Assembly (NCBI GenBank): GCA_965541585.1
Contig: CBEUCH010000001.1
Span: 128,001-192,000, forward strand
Source: an uncultured bacterium
GTDB taxonomy: Bacteria; Zixibacteria; MSB-5A5; UBA10806
Length of the DNA stretch: 64,000 nt
Direction: 5' to 3'
Shown here: positions 29,739 through 39,435 of the stretch, one piece after another
How the letters are laid out: every line of letters starts with the position of its first letter
Position numbering within the stretch: position 1 is the first letter of the stretch
The notes under the pieces: model-generated
Database searches by the model: none
What the model saw: only the letters and a program-made list of their open reading frames with translations
Told to the model about the DNA's origin: nothing
Position numbers and translations under genes: made by a program

Positions 29739-32630
29739 CTATTTCAATAGCAATAGTTTGACGGTACACGCATCCTGCCCGCTTTTCAGGCGGGCAAAAT
29801 AGATCCCCGAAGGTAATCGGGTTGCATCCCATGTTACGCTGTACTCGCCGGCCGGTTTTTCTCCCTCGGCAATCGTAGCCACCCTCTGGCCCAGGATGTT
29901 ATATACGCAGACTTCAATGTATCCGGGTTCAGCCAGCCGATATGCGAATACAGTCTGTGAGTTGAACGGGTTGGGGTAATTTTGCAGCAGTGAGGTTTCT
30001 TCCGGGAGCGGGACATCATCATCATCGATATTCACCCTCACTTCGCCGAACTCCTCCAGTATGGTGTGAAGGATATCGTATGAAACCGATTCCTCGACAT
30101 AGTATAAGGGGAACTCGAGGGTCGCTGTATTGTACGTATCTGTACGGTGAATGATTCCGATGGGGTTGCCATGTAGCTCAGAGGTATCGGGATCTACCGA
30201 TACATAGTCGTAGATCACCTCGTCATAGTCGTTGGGGATGAGAGTGCCGATTCCGAACAGGCGGCCATCGTTGTCGCCCGACGGGAAGACGATCCTGTTA
30301 GCCCTGGAAGTATCTACAGAAAAATCGTCGAATAAAGGCGATGCCGATTCTCCGCCTGTAAACTCTGTGTTATACATATCGGGGAACACAATGCCGATCA
30401 AGTTTAAGTATTGGTTCGGGAATTGCAGTGAATCATAAATGATGGCACCATTGAAGCTAGGGATAGGGACTATCTGTCTTGTTCCGGCTAAGATGACGTT
30501 GCCGCCGGCATCGAGGTAGTCAGAAATGAGACCGGAATTATCGGTTGGGTCGAAGAAACGATGGCCCAAAAGATGTTCTTTGGCAAATATTATCGTGGAA
30601 AACGATGCCAGTTGGGGGAGAATCTCAGGTTCTTCGAATATCATCAGGTATTGATAGTCTTCGAGGATGTCTTCATAAAAGACAATCATAGAATCATAGT
30701 CGGGATTCTCGAAATCCCTGCTGGAGTTTATCAGCAATATTCCTGAATCAAGGGGCATCGGGATCGCGGATACCACGTCGGAGTAAAACGAGACGTTTCC
30801 GTAGATATCGACTGCGGTGATCATATAGCTGTATTCGAAACCGATCATGACGTCAGTATCCAGATAGGCATTCGTTTGGCTGCTATCGATGATCGCAAAT
30901 TCTCCATTGGGAAGTTGCCTGTATATTATATAGCCAATGAGATCCGTATCCGGACTGGGATCCCACGTAAGCTCTATCTCCATGTTTTCCCCGGTTGCGG
31001 TGAGTCCGGCGGGAGTCTGCGGCTGCCCGGAATTTATATAAACTTCAGGGGAATAACCTCCTTGAAGACCATAGGTGCTCGCCGATGCAATTACATAATA
31101 GTATATGGTGTTATTGATTACGTCAGTATCAACAAATACCGAGTCTATGAGGTTATCGGGAGTGATTTTGTCGGGCTCATAAACGCCGGGTTCGGTTCCG
31201 CGGTAAATTCTGTATTCTAAAAGATTGGGGCGATCCACGAGATCCCATCTCAGCATAACGTGATCTTCCCCCCATCCAGCGATATGAAGATTCGTCGGGG
31301 GGCCCGGGGGGACATTAGTAAAACCGTTTTCATAAAAGCTGACTGCAGAATCGGCCCTGGCCAGGAAATCGGAAAAATCAAGATTATTGTAATACTGAGA
31401 GATTGAGAGAGAATCATCGGTATTGTAGCGGAGATACTGTTCGTAATTATTCGGATCGACATGCAGGTTATTGCCGCCGATATAGGCCACGGTCAAGGTC
31501 TCCACGGCGCCGGCGGGAATATCCATCGGCCCGAACGAAATCAAGTAACGGGTATCAATGCCGTTGGCGAGATTATCCCCCCGCGGCGATCCGGAGATCC
31601 AGCCCTCATCTGTATGATCGAGGGCGGCCCAGATCTGGTCATAGTCATGCTCGCCGTTGGACATGACCTGGTATTTGGCCTTATCGCCTCCGGGCGTTCC
31701 ACGACCACCCCCCGGGAAATCTCCCCAGATATCATAATTGCTCTGCCATTGGGGACCCCAGTCGAGTTCAGAATTAGTATTGGAAATCCACCAGTTGAAA
31801 TCGGTCTGTAGATCAGGCTGGGACGCATCAACCAGAACCATGCCCATGACGTTTCTGGGACTGCGGTAATCGTATTCGCCGTCGTAGGGTTGACCATTGT
31901 TGTCGGCTATCCAGGCGATTCCGTAATCCCCATGTTGAATATAGCCACAGAGATCGTCCTGAGCGCCCTCTTCGGGGCCATACGGATGCTCCGATTCATG
32001 CATGACATCGCCGTCATATAGAATGCCTATCCAGGCGTTATGCAGATTCCTGCCGCCGATGTTCTCGAGATAGTAGTTTAAGAAAAACAGTTCATCATAT
32101 CCGGGCGAACTCCAGCAGAAGCTGTTGCGAGTAATCTTCAAACCCAGAGGGATATGGGGCCCGTCGATCGGATCCCATCCAACGAATCGCGGATCGGTTG
32201 CTGTATCGGAGAATGCTGCGAAGAATTCCTCATCTCCGAAAATTATCTCCTCCCAGAGCGACTCCTCCCCTGGAAACGGAGGAAAAAGCTCCATTACTCC
32301 CATCCAGCCGTCGAATCCTACCGAAACCAGGGTATCCAAAATGGGATTGCCCTGACCGTCGATTGTGTCTACCTCGGCGCCGATCCAGAGGGCCCCGAAA
32401 AAGAGATAATCTATCCCGGATGCCGCCGGGAATTCAGCGCCCGGGGTCTCTCCAGCCCAGGAGCCGGTCATACCGTAATTGGAAATAGTGAAATATATAT
32501 TGGATGCATCGTGGACCTTATACTGGGTATCCGGCGTGTCCGTTAGCGTGGGACGGGAATCGAGCGGTACGGCTCCATAAACGGTTGTAACCATAAGTAA
32601 AAATGGCAAGATTGCTTTAATACTGATCAT
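29739..32630 (-). CDS. Secreted acidic protein with two FN3 domains and T9SS type-A C-terminal sorting domain (paralog 2)
   Basis: Same architecture as 26603-29518, with a near-identical C-terminal third. Confidence 0.85.
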   Translation of the reverse strand: MISIKAILPFLLMVTTVYGAVPLDSRPTLTDTPDTQYKVHDASNIYFTISNYGMTGSWAGETPGAEFPAASGIDYLFFGALWIGAEVDTIDGQGNPILDTLVSVGFDGWMGVMELFPPFPGEESLWEEIIFGDEEFFAAFSDTATDPRFVGWDPIDGPHIPLGLKITRNSFCWSSPGYDELFFLNYYLENIGGRNLHNAWIGILYDGDVMHESEHPYGPEEGAQDDLCGYIQHGDYGIAWIADNNGQPYDGEYDYRSPRNVMGMVLVDASQPDLQTDFNWWISNTNSELDWGPQWQSNYDIWGDFPGGGRGTPGGDKAKYQVMSNGEHDYDQIWAALDHTDEGWISGSPRGDNLANGIDTRYLISFGPMDIPAGAVETLTVAYIGGNNLHVDPNNYEQYLRYNTDDSLSISQYYNNLDFSDFLARADSAVSFYENGFTNVPPGPPTNLHIAGWGEDHVMLRWDLVDRPNLLEYRIYRGTEPGVYEPDKITPDNLIDSVFVDTDVINNTIYYYVIASASTYGLQGGYSPEVYINSGQPQTPAGLTATGENMEIELTWDPSPDTDLIGYIIYRQLPNGEFAIIDSSQTNAYLDTDVMIGFEYSYMITAVDIYGNVSFYSDVVSAIPMPLDSGILLINSSRDFENPDYDSMIVFYEDILEDYQYLMIFEEPEILPQLASFSTIIFAKEHLLGHRFFDPTDNSGLISDYLDAGGNVILAGTRQIVPIPSFNGAIIYDSLQFPNQYLNLIGIVFPDMYNTEFTGGESASPLFDDFSVDTSRANRIVFPSGDNDGRLFGIGTLIPNDYDEVIYDYVSVDPDTSELHGNPIGIIHRTDTYNTATLEFPLYYVEESVSYDILHTILEEFGEVRVNIDDDDVPLPEETSLLQNYPNPFNSQTVFAYRLAEPGYIEVCVYNILGQRVATIAEGEKPAGEYSVTWDATRLPSGIYFARLKSGQDACTVKLLLLK

Positions 32631-32684
32631 TGTATGCGCCTCCAGCTAAGGTGAAAACTGGCTACATTTATCTATTCTACAAAT

Positions 32685-32712
32685 ATGTTAACGTTTTATT
32701 CCCCGGTGTCAA
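32685..32712 (-). promoter_or_regulatory. sigma70-type promoter of paralog 2
   Basis: Minus strand TTGACA-16 nt-TAACAT at the equivalent position to copy 1. Confidence 0.5.
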
Positions 32713-32851
32713 TATTTTTTTTGCTTCAGAATTATGTTCCTGGAGTTTTTCTTAATTATTGAACTCCTCAGGCCTTCTATTGACAAAATATAGTGCTATC
32801 GGTATTTTCTTAATCCGGCTCGGGAATGGTGCCTTGTCAAAAAGGGTGGTA

Positions 32852-33796
32852 GTGAGAATAGATACTGATAAGATTGGGATAGTGACGGATAAGTCATTCC
32901 TCCTCCATGATACGGGACCGGGTCATCCGGAATCACCGGATAGGCTGAAAGCGGTGGAAGAAGCGATAAGCGAGATACCAGAAGAGATAGTCATGGTAAA
33001 CGCACGTGAAGCAAGCCGTGAGGAGTTGCTTCTGGTGCATAATCCAGAATATGTCGAGAGGATTCTGAGCCTCGATCCCGGGGGGCTCATTATGCTGGAT
33101 GCCGACACGGCATTTTCTTCGCACACAAAATCGGCGGCACTAAAAGCCGCGGGAGGGGTGCTGGAGGCGGTGGATAGGATTATCAACGGTGATTTCAGCA
33201 AGGCATTCTGCGCGGTCCGCCCGCCGGGACATCATACGGAAGCCGGCAGAGCCATGGGATTTTGTATTTTCAATAATATTGCCATCGGAGCAGCATATGC
33301 TCTCGCCAAAAAAGATGCGCACCGGGTAGCCATAATCGACTGGGACCTGCATCACGGCAACGGCACCCAGCATATATTCTACGAAAGGGATGACGTGCTA
33401 TATGTCTCATTACATCAATATCCGCATTATCCCGGATCCGGTTCGGCTGACGAAAGAGGTATCGGTAAGGGCGCCGGTCATACGATCAATATCCCGATGG
33501 CAGCGGGGTCAACCGACGGCGACTATCGTAAGGCGTTCAACAGCGTCGTCATTCCCAGGCTGACAGACTTCCGGCCGGAGATGCTTTTTATATCCGCCGG
33601 ATTCGATGCTCACCGCGATGACCCGTTAGGCAGCATGAATCTATCATCGGAGTTCTACGGTGAAATGACCACTACGTTGAAAAAGGTGGCGGATCAATTC
33701 TGTGATGGTAGAATGATCTCAGTCCTCGAGGGCGGGTATGATCTTTCCGCTCTGAAAGAATCGGCGCTCCATCATTTGAGGGGATTTTGCGAATGA
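32852..33796 (+). CDS. Histone deacetylase family (AcuC/AphA-like) amidohydrolase
   Basis: HPESPDRL, RPPGHH, GFCIFNN, DWDLHHGNGTQ, SAGFD..DPL, LEGGY. Confidence 0.95.
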   Translation: MRIDTDKIGIVTDKSFLLHDTGPGHPESPDRLKAVEEAISEIPEEIVMVNAREASREELLLVHNPEYVERILSLDPGGLIMLDADTAFSSHTKSAALKAAGGVLEAVDRIINGDFSKAFCAVRPPGHHTEAGRAMGFCIFNNIAIGAAYALAKKDAHRVAIIDWDLHHGNGTQHIFYERDDVLYVSLHQYPHYPGSGSADERGIGKGAGHTINIPMAAGSTDGDYRKAFNSVVIPRLTDFRPEMLFISAGFDAHRDDPLGSMNLSSEFYGEMTTTLKKVADQFCDGRMISVLEGGYDLSALKESALHHLRGFCE

Positions 33797-34560
33797 CAAG
33801 ATATGTACGCGTTAGCCATCGGGATGATGTTTTCTGGGGGAAACTGGACGAGGATCACGTGACGGTTCTTAATCGCGCCCCCTGGGATTCTCCCGAGCCA
33901 ACCGATCGGCGAATACCGTTTAGAGAATGCAGGCTCTTAGCCCCGGTGGAGCCTTCGAAGGTCGTGCTTGTGGGACTCAATTATCATGAGCATATAAAAG
34001 AATCGCAGTCAGCCAGCGCCGTTCCCGAGGAGCCGGTTATCTTTCTGAAGCCGCCCACCGCCATAATCGGCCCATCCGATAACATACCGTATCCCGAGGG
34101 ACTCGACAGGGTCGATTACGAAGGGGAGTTGTCGGCCGTTATCGGAGAAGAAATCCACGGTGCGGATGAGGAAAAGGCTCGTTCCGCAATCTTCGGCTAT
34201 ACCTGCCTTAATGATGTAACAGCGCGGAATCTTCAAAAAAAGGACGTGCAATGGACAAGGGCCAAAGGGTTCGATGGATTCGCACCGATCGGGCCCTGGA
34301 TTGCGACCGAAATCAATCCCTTGGATCTGAAAATACAGACATATCTCAATGACGAACTGCGGCAGTCATCGAGAACCTCATACCAGATATGGAATGTATA
34401 TCGCCTGGTTAGTTTTATTTCCAATATCATGACGCTTCTGCCGGGCGATGTCGTTTCCACCGGGACACCTCAGGGGGTAGGGCCTGTCAAAGCGGGAGAT
34501 GTTGTGAGAATCATAATCGAGAAGATAGGCACACTGGAGAATAAGGTGGGCCGGATATGA
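33793..34560 (+). CDS. Fumarylacetoacetate hydrolase family protein
   Basis: VGLNYHEH, FLKPP, DYEGEL, NDVTAR, AKGFDGFAPIGP, TGTPQGVG. Confidence 0.93.
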   Translation: MTRYVRVSHRDDVFWGKLDEDHVTVLNRAPWDSPEPTDRRIPFRECRLLAPVEPSKVVLVGLNYHEHIKESQSASAVPEEPVIFLKPPTAIIGPSDNIPYPEGLDRVDYEGELSAVIGEEIHGADEEKARSAIFGYTCLNDVTARNLQKKDVQWTRAKGFDGFAPIGPWIATEINPLDLKIQTYLNDELRQSSRTSYQIWNVYRLVSFISNIMTLLPGDVVSTGTPQGVGPVKAGDVVRIIIEKIGTLENKVGRI

Positions 34561-36374
34561 TTTCTTCTATGCTTCTGGCGCTCTCGATTGCGGTTCCCGC
34601 TGTCGGTTTCTTTTCCGAATTACCGGCAGCCTACCAGATAGAGGCCAGACTCGATACGGCAAACCAGGTCATTTATGGTACACAGAGAGTAATTTTCCAG
34701 AATCCGACATCGCAGAGGCTGAACCGGATATGTTTTCACCTGTATCCCAACGCGTTCAAAGATACGTCGACAGTTTTCTGCCGCGAGAGCGAGGAGGTAA
34801 GATCAGACGTGGCGTCGGGCAATATATCGAGGCTGGAAGTATCGGATTTGAAGCTGGATGGAAAGGAGCCCGATCCTGACGGGATAGATATCAAGGGCAC
34901 GTTGATGTATATCGATCTTTTGAAAGATCTTCCGCCCGCTGGCAAAGTGGAGATCTCCCTGCGATTTGAGCTTTCAATCCCGAAGATAAATGTAAGATTC
35001 GGGTACGATACCGATGGTAATTACCTTCTCTCTCACTGGTTTCCTATCCTGTGCGGCTACCAGAAAGACCGATTAATCGATTGGGAGTATCATGCTAATA
35101 GCGAATTCTTCTCAAATTTCGCATCCTACAGCGTCACGTTGGAATTACCACCGGATTTCACTGCAGGATCCACCGGCAACCTGAAACTGGTTGATAAAAA
35201 CGACTCGACCGCCGTGTGGCATGCAGAGGAAGAGCCGGTCATAGATTTTGCCTTCGCATGCGGGCCGGGTTTTGAGCTACTGGAATCCGATACCCTCGGT
35301 ATCAAAATCCATTATCTTTTAAGGAATAAGAATGTCGAATTATTCGAAAGAATTGATAGAATTACCAGATATTCTTTAGCGTATTGCTCTGAAAAGCTCT
35401 TTAAGTATCCGTATAAAAATTTCACTGTCGTGGATTTCATGCCCGGCGCCGGGGGATTGGAGTTGCCCGGGCTGATATCGATTACGATTCCCGAATCGGG
35501 ATCAATGCGGGCATCAGGTCATCTTGAAAACACCATAGCGCATGAGACGGCTCATCAGTGGTTTTACGCAATGATTGCCACAAATGAATTCGAGGAACCG
35601 TGGCTGGATGAAGGATTAGCATCATATTACACATCCCGGATCGCTAGCTCATTCGGCGATGGGATAGACTTTATCGGGTTGTTTGGATATGATGTTTCTA
35701 TGGATGAATTATTCAGAACGTTTGCGCTTATTGGAAAGGCGCCTTACCCGATAAATCTGAAAAGCTGGGAGTATCCCGGCTTTATGCATTATAATACTGC
35801 GGTTTATACCAGGGCGCTTCTGGTTTTGCAGACCCTGGAAGGCCTCGTCGGGGATTCGGCATTCGCCGGAGCGTTGAAGGATTTTGCAGAAAGCTATCGT
35901 TTTAAGCATCCTGACGGTGAAGATTTTCTATCTTCAATTGCATCGTCCGCTGGCCTGGATCTAACCGACTTCTCGTCGCAATTCGTAAGCGGGACTGCCA
36001 GAGTCGATTACGGCGTAACATCGCTTAAGTATGATGAGGTGTCCGGTGAATCCGAGGGTGCCGCCGTTAAGTATGAGATTACTGTCGATGTTCGAAGGGA
36101 GCTTGACGGGATAATTCCTCAGAGAATCACGGTGGGATTGTCTGACGGCGCAATAGTCGATACCACGTGGGACGGCCGATCGGGCGTGGCGAGCTTTGAG
36201 TTTGTGGCGGATTCCAAACCCTGGTATGCAGGTATTGATGAGAATAATGTCTCACCACTCGACGAAAATAGAACCAATGATAGAATCTATCTAAATTCTC
36301 ACTCGATGCGGCTGATTTCATTCGAGTGGGATACCGTTTTTGTTTTAGAATTCATTTTATCGGTATTCCTATGA
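34557..36374 (+). CDS. M1 family zinc aminopeptidase, exported
   Basis: GGLELPG exopeptidase motif; HETAH-x18-E (WLDEG); FHLYPNAF. Confidence 0.88.
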   Translation: MISSMLLALSIAVPAVGFFSELPAAYQIEARLDTANQVIYGTQRVIFQNPTSQRLNRICFHLYPNAFKDTSTVFCRESEEVRSDVASGNISRLEVSDLKLDGKEPDPDGIDIKGTLMYIDLLKDLPPAGKVEISLRFELSIPKINVRFGYDTDGNYLLSHWFPILCGYQKDRLIDWEYHANSEFFSNFASYSVTLELPPDFTAGSTGNLKLVDKNDSTAVWHAEEEPVIDFAFACGPGFELLESDTLGIKIHYLLRNKNVELFERIDRITRYSLAYCSEKLFKYPYKNFTVVDFMPGAGGLELPGLISITIPESGSMRASGHLENTIAHETAHQWFYAMIATNEFEEPWLDEGLASYYTSRIASSFGDGIDFIGLFGYDVSMDELFRTFALIGKAPYPINLKSWEYPGFMHYNTAVYTRALLVLQTLEGLVGDSAFAGALKDFAESYRFKHPDGEDFLSSIASSAGLDLTDFSSQFVSGTARVDYGVTSLKYDEVSGESEGAAVKYEITVDVRRELDGIIPQRITVGLSDGAIVDTTWDGRSGVASFEFVADSKPWYAGIDENNVSPLDENRTNDRIYLNSHSMRLISFEWDTVFVLEFILSVFL

Positions 36375-37192
36375 AGAAGGTTTTTAAAAACAAGATTATT
36401 GTGGCTTCCCTGCTTTTTGTTCTCCTCAATATAATAGGGGGGCTTCTGATCATGGCGCCCCTTCTGGTGTTCTTGCGAATTCACCTCGAGTACAGCGGCT
36501 CGGCTCTCAAGCTCTGGCCGGTGATCTCTCCGGAGGTTTTGTCCGACATCCTTATCAACGATTATCAGGCGCTGGTTATGTTCATCATAGCGGCGATTGT
36601 TATATACATAGCCTATTTTCCATTTAAGGTCCTCGTTACCGCCGGAATTTACAATATTATTGTTTTCGATAAGGAAAGAGGCGAGGCGATCGATTCGGCG
36701 CGTGCGTTTCTCACAAGAGCAGCGGGAATCTGGATCGGATTTGTCAAGACTGATTTATTTGCAGTTCTGATATATATTGTGGCTATGTTTCTCGGGATTG
36801 TATTCGGAGAAATCTTAGGACGTCTGGGATCGTTCCTGAGCCCCGCGGTAATACTGTTAATGTTACTTCTGGGTTCGACATATATTCAGATCCTGAAGAT
36901 TGCGGTTGTAGACAATAATGATACATCGCTTCGTTCGATAATCCGCTTTACGCGCGGTCGCATCGCAGGATCATTCTTGCGGCTGGTGCTGGGTAATGTA
37001 GCTGTGGCCCTGGTAGGCATTCTCATTGTACTGGGTCTCTGGTCTTTCCTGTTGTGGACTCGGAGTCATGATTGGAACGTTGTAACCGCACCGGTCTCGG
37101 TGATCTTACAACAGGGGATGATATTTGTCATCTGCCTGGCACAGGTTCTTCGGATTAATTTCAACCATTCTGTAATAAAGAAAGGTGAATAA
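36371..37192 (+). CDS. Hypothetical multi-pass membrane protein
   Basis: Six or more hydrophobic segments; overlaps both neighbouring genes. Confidence 0.65.
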   Translation: MKKVFKNKIIVASLLFVLLNIIGGLLIMAPLLVFLRIHLEYSGSALKLWPVISPEVLSDILINDYQALVMFIIAAIVIYIAYFPFKVLVTAGIYNIIVFDKERGEAIDSARAFLTRAAGIWIGFVKTDLFAVLIYIVAMFLGIVFGEILGRLGSFLSPAVILLMLLLGSTYIQILKIAVVDNNDTSLRSIIRFTRGRIAGSFLRLVLGNVAVALVGILIVLGLWSFLLWTRSHDWNVVTAPVSVILQQGMIFVICLAQVLRINFNHSVIKKGE

Positions 37193-37916
37193 CATGCTCT
37201 GGGAGGAAATGAACTGGATGGAGTTCGAGAAACTCGTTCCGAATGAATATGATACTGCGATCTTGCCTGTGGGGACTGTGGAGGCCCACGGCGTATCTCC
37301 CCTGGGCACTGATGTTCTTATTCCGATGGAGATCTGCCGTCGACTCGCAGAGGACCTGAAAGCTATCATAGCGCCGCCGGTGAGTTATGGCATAACAAGT
37401 TCTCTTCTTGGATACCCGGGCTCGCTTTCGCTGTCATCGGAAACATTCGAGAGATACATTGGCGAGCTATTGATTTCAATAGCTGATTGCAAGTTCAAAA
37501 GAATTGTTGTTATAAACGGTCATGGCGGGCAAATGGAACAATTGGGGAAGGCGGCCCGGGTGGCATGGCAGGCGAAAAGAATTAATATCGCCGTAGTTCA
37601 CTGGTGGGTTTGCTGTAACGATATTGTCGAAAGCGTTTACGGCAGGGGTGGAGGACATGCGGGGACGGATGAAAACGCAGCTGTGCAGGCCTTTCGGCCG
37701 GATCTGATAAAGAAGAATCTGTATTCTGATGATATGGTATATAACCAACCGAAGGGATTCACCGTATATCCCAATCCCGGAACCATCATCGCCTATAAGG
37801 AAGGGGCCGGTCATATCGATTTTGATCAGGCAAAAGCAGAGGAGTATTTCAACCCCGCCGTTGAGCGTGTAAGAGGACATATCCTTGAGATATTCAGGCG
37901 CTGGGATCGGCTCTAA
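37185..37916 (+). CDS. Creatininase family amidohydrolase
   Basis: PVGTVEAHG..PLGTD, INGHGGQ, HAGTDE. Confidence 0.9.
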   Translation: MNNMLWEEMNWMEFEKLVPNEYDTAILPVGTVEAHGVSPLGTDVLIPMEICRRLAEDLKAIIAPPVSYGITSSLLGYPGSLSLSSETFERYIGELLISIADCKFKRIVVINGHGGQMEQLGKAARVAWQAKRINIAVVHWWVCCNDIVESVYGRGGGHAGTDENAAVQAFRPDLIKKNLYSDDMVYNQPKGFTVYPNPGTIIAYKEGAGHIDFDQAKAEEYFNPAVERVRGHILEIFRRWDRL

Positions 37917-37939
37917 ATTGTGCGGCCTGGATGGAAGGG

Positions 37940-37954
37940 GCACAATAATTGTGC
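37940..37954. promoter_or_regulatory. Perfect palindrome, NtrC-like enhancer site candidate
   Basis: GCACAAT-A-ATTGTGC (GCAC-N7-GTGC) about 80 bp upstream of a sigma54 motif. Confidence 0.45.
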
Positions 37955-38030
37955 ATTATGTATAGCCGTCTAAGATCCATGACGATGTTCAAGTCTATAT
38001 ATAATCATCCCTTGCGGGATGGGATACCTA

Positions 38031-38046
38031 TGGCATGTGGTTTGCT
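38031..38046 (+). promoter_or_regulatory. sigma54 (-24/-12) promoter
   Basis: TGGCATGTGGTTTGCT: GG-N10-GC in TGGCA...TTGC context. Confidence 0.6.
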
Positions 38047-38093
38047 TTTATCATATTCAGATAGTTCATTGACAACTGAATCGAGCAAAACGG

Positions 38094-38122
38094 TTGACAG
38101 CCAGAGGGTATTATCTTACAAT
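38094..38122 (+). promoter_or_regulatory. sigma70 promoter predicting a leaderless transcript
   Basis: TTGACA-17 nt-TACAAT; ATG 38129 begins 7 nt after the -10 box; no SD sequence. Confidence 0.6.
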
Positions 38123-38128
38123 CGACCG

Positions 38129-38923
38129 ATGATCTGGAAGAGCGTTTTATTGGCGATAATCATTCTGAGCGCACCGGCTGCAGCCCAGTATAGCACCTCG
38201 GACGATTCTCTTTATGCCAATGTGATAGTACCGCGCGCCGAGTTGCGCTGGACCATTGACACGCCGACGGCGGGCATGCTTCCGCGAGGGACTTTCAATT
38301 TCGACATGCGGACTTTTCCAGCCGGCGGAGTTCAGACCTCACTCGAAATAGGTCTGGCGGATCGGTTTTCCGTGGGCCTGGGATACGGGGCTTCGGAGGT
38401 GCTGACCGATGTCGATCCCGACTGGAATCCGAAGCTTGAATTCCTGCTCAGGTATCGTCTTCACGAGGAAAGCGAGGGCATCCCGGCCATAGCGGTTGGC
38501 TACAGCTCTCTCGGATATGGCGCCTACGATTCCCAGAGCGATCGATATACTGTGAAGTCACCCGGATTTTATGCTGCGTTTTCGAAGAACTTCAAGCTGT
38601 ATGAGAATCCTGCTTCATTTCACTGGGGAGTAAATTATAGTTTCGAGAACGACGAGGACAACGATCCCAACATATTTACGGGATTTCACGCTGATACCGG
38701 ACCCAACATAGTCTTTCTGGCCGAATACGATTTCGCCATAAACGATAACAAGAGGTATGGCGTCTACGGGTTGGGAAGGGGCTTTTTCAATCTCGGTCTG
38801 GCCTGGTATATAACCGATGAGTTGTCACTTGAGCTCGATTTGAAGAATCTCCTCAGGAACCGCGATGATGCCGAGGCAATCGATCGTGAAGTGAGGCTGG
38901 TTTATGTGGAGTACTTCTATTAA
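38129..38923 (+). CDS. Outer-membrane beta-barrel protein (YjbH-like)
   Basis: Signal peptide, IDTPTAGMLPRG, alternating beta strands, terminal YVEYFY. Confidence 0.65.
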   Translation: MIWKSVLLAIIILSAPAAAQYSTSDDSLYANVIVPRAELRWTIDTPTAGMLPRGTFNFDMRTFPAGGVQTSLEIGLADRFSVGLGYGASEVLTDVDPDWNPKLEFLLRYRLHEESEGIPAIAVGYSSLGYGAYDSQSDRYTVKSPGFYAAFSKNFKLYENPASFHWGVNYSFENDEDNDPNIFTGFHADTGPNIVFLAEYDFAINDNKRYGVYGLGRGFFNLGLAWYITDELSLELDLKNLLRNRDDAEAIDREVRLVYVEYFY

Positions 38924-38936
38924 TTCGGGAGCGGTT

Positions 38937-39425
38937 ATGAAAAGGATCGTGGTCGCCGCCCTGATGGCGGTATTTTTTTCGGTGGTTTTTTCGGGTTGCT
39001 ATACTAAACTGAAAGGGCCCGAGCCACAGACGGGCGAGCGAATAAATCGTGATTATGCGTACTATGACGATTATTACCGGTACGACGACTACTATTACAG
39101 CCCCTATTACTACCGGTCGGGGTGGTTGAGCCCGTATTTCTATGGTTATCCGTATTACAGCTACGGTTCTTTCTATTCTCCATGGTGGTATGATCCCGGG
39201 TATTATTATAGCGATGGCGATCGTAATCGCTCTGATAAATCAATAAGATATCGGCGCAGAGGTACAGGTTCATCGCCGGGAGGTTTCACATCGCCGCCCC
39301 TTATACCGAGAGGAAGCGGTGGAACTGTCTCCGGAACTGTTCGGACAAAAACCTCATCGGGTGGTAGCCGGCAGCCTGCCAAGCCGACCCGTTCAGGGGG
39401 TAAATCCGCTCGGCGTAGAAGGTAG
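38937..39425 (+). CDS. Tyr-rich lipoprotein with Arg/Ser/Gly-rich tail
   Basis: Lipobox FSGC-YT; YYDDYYRYDDYYYSPYYY...; basic C-terminus. Confidence 0.75.
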   Translation: MKRIVVAALMAVFFSVVFSGCYTKLKGPEPQTGERINRDYAYYDDYYRYDDYYYSPYYYRSGWLSPYFYGYPYYSYGSFYSPWWYDPGYYYSDGDRNRSDKSIRYRRRGTGSSPGGFTSPPLIPRGSGGTVSGTVRTKTSSGGSRQPAKPTRSGGKSARRRR

Positions 39426-39435
39426 GGAGGATGTG

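Larger units (their letters stand above)
26548..32726. repeat. Tandem duplication, period about 3136 bp, including gene, promoter and downstream flank
   Basis: AGCGGTATTGATATT at 26548 and 29684; TATGCGCCTCCAGCTAAGGTGAAAACTGGC at about 29521 and 32633; paralogous CDSs. Confidence 0.9.

Noticed and set aside
26603..32630. Diversity-generating retroelement TR/VR pair
   Set aside because: No reverse transcriptase nearby, differences are not adenine-specific, and both copies are full genes
37949..38128. Longer N-terminus for the YjbH-like barrel given in the ORF track
   Set aside because: The region holds promoter elements, and the signal peptide begins at ATG 38129
39050..39210. CRISPR-like or tandem DNA repeat (TAC/TAT-rich)
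   Set aside because: Explained by Tyr codons of the lipoprotein; no repeat-spacer periodicity
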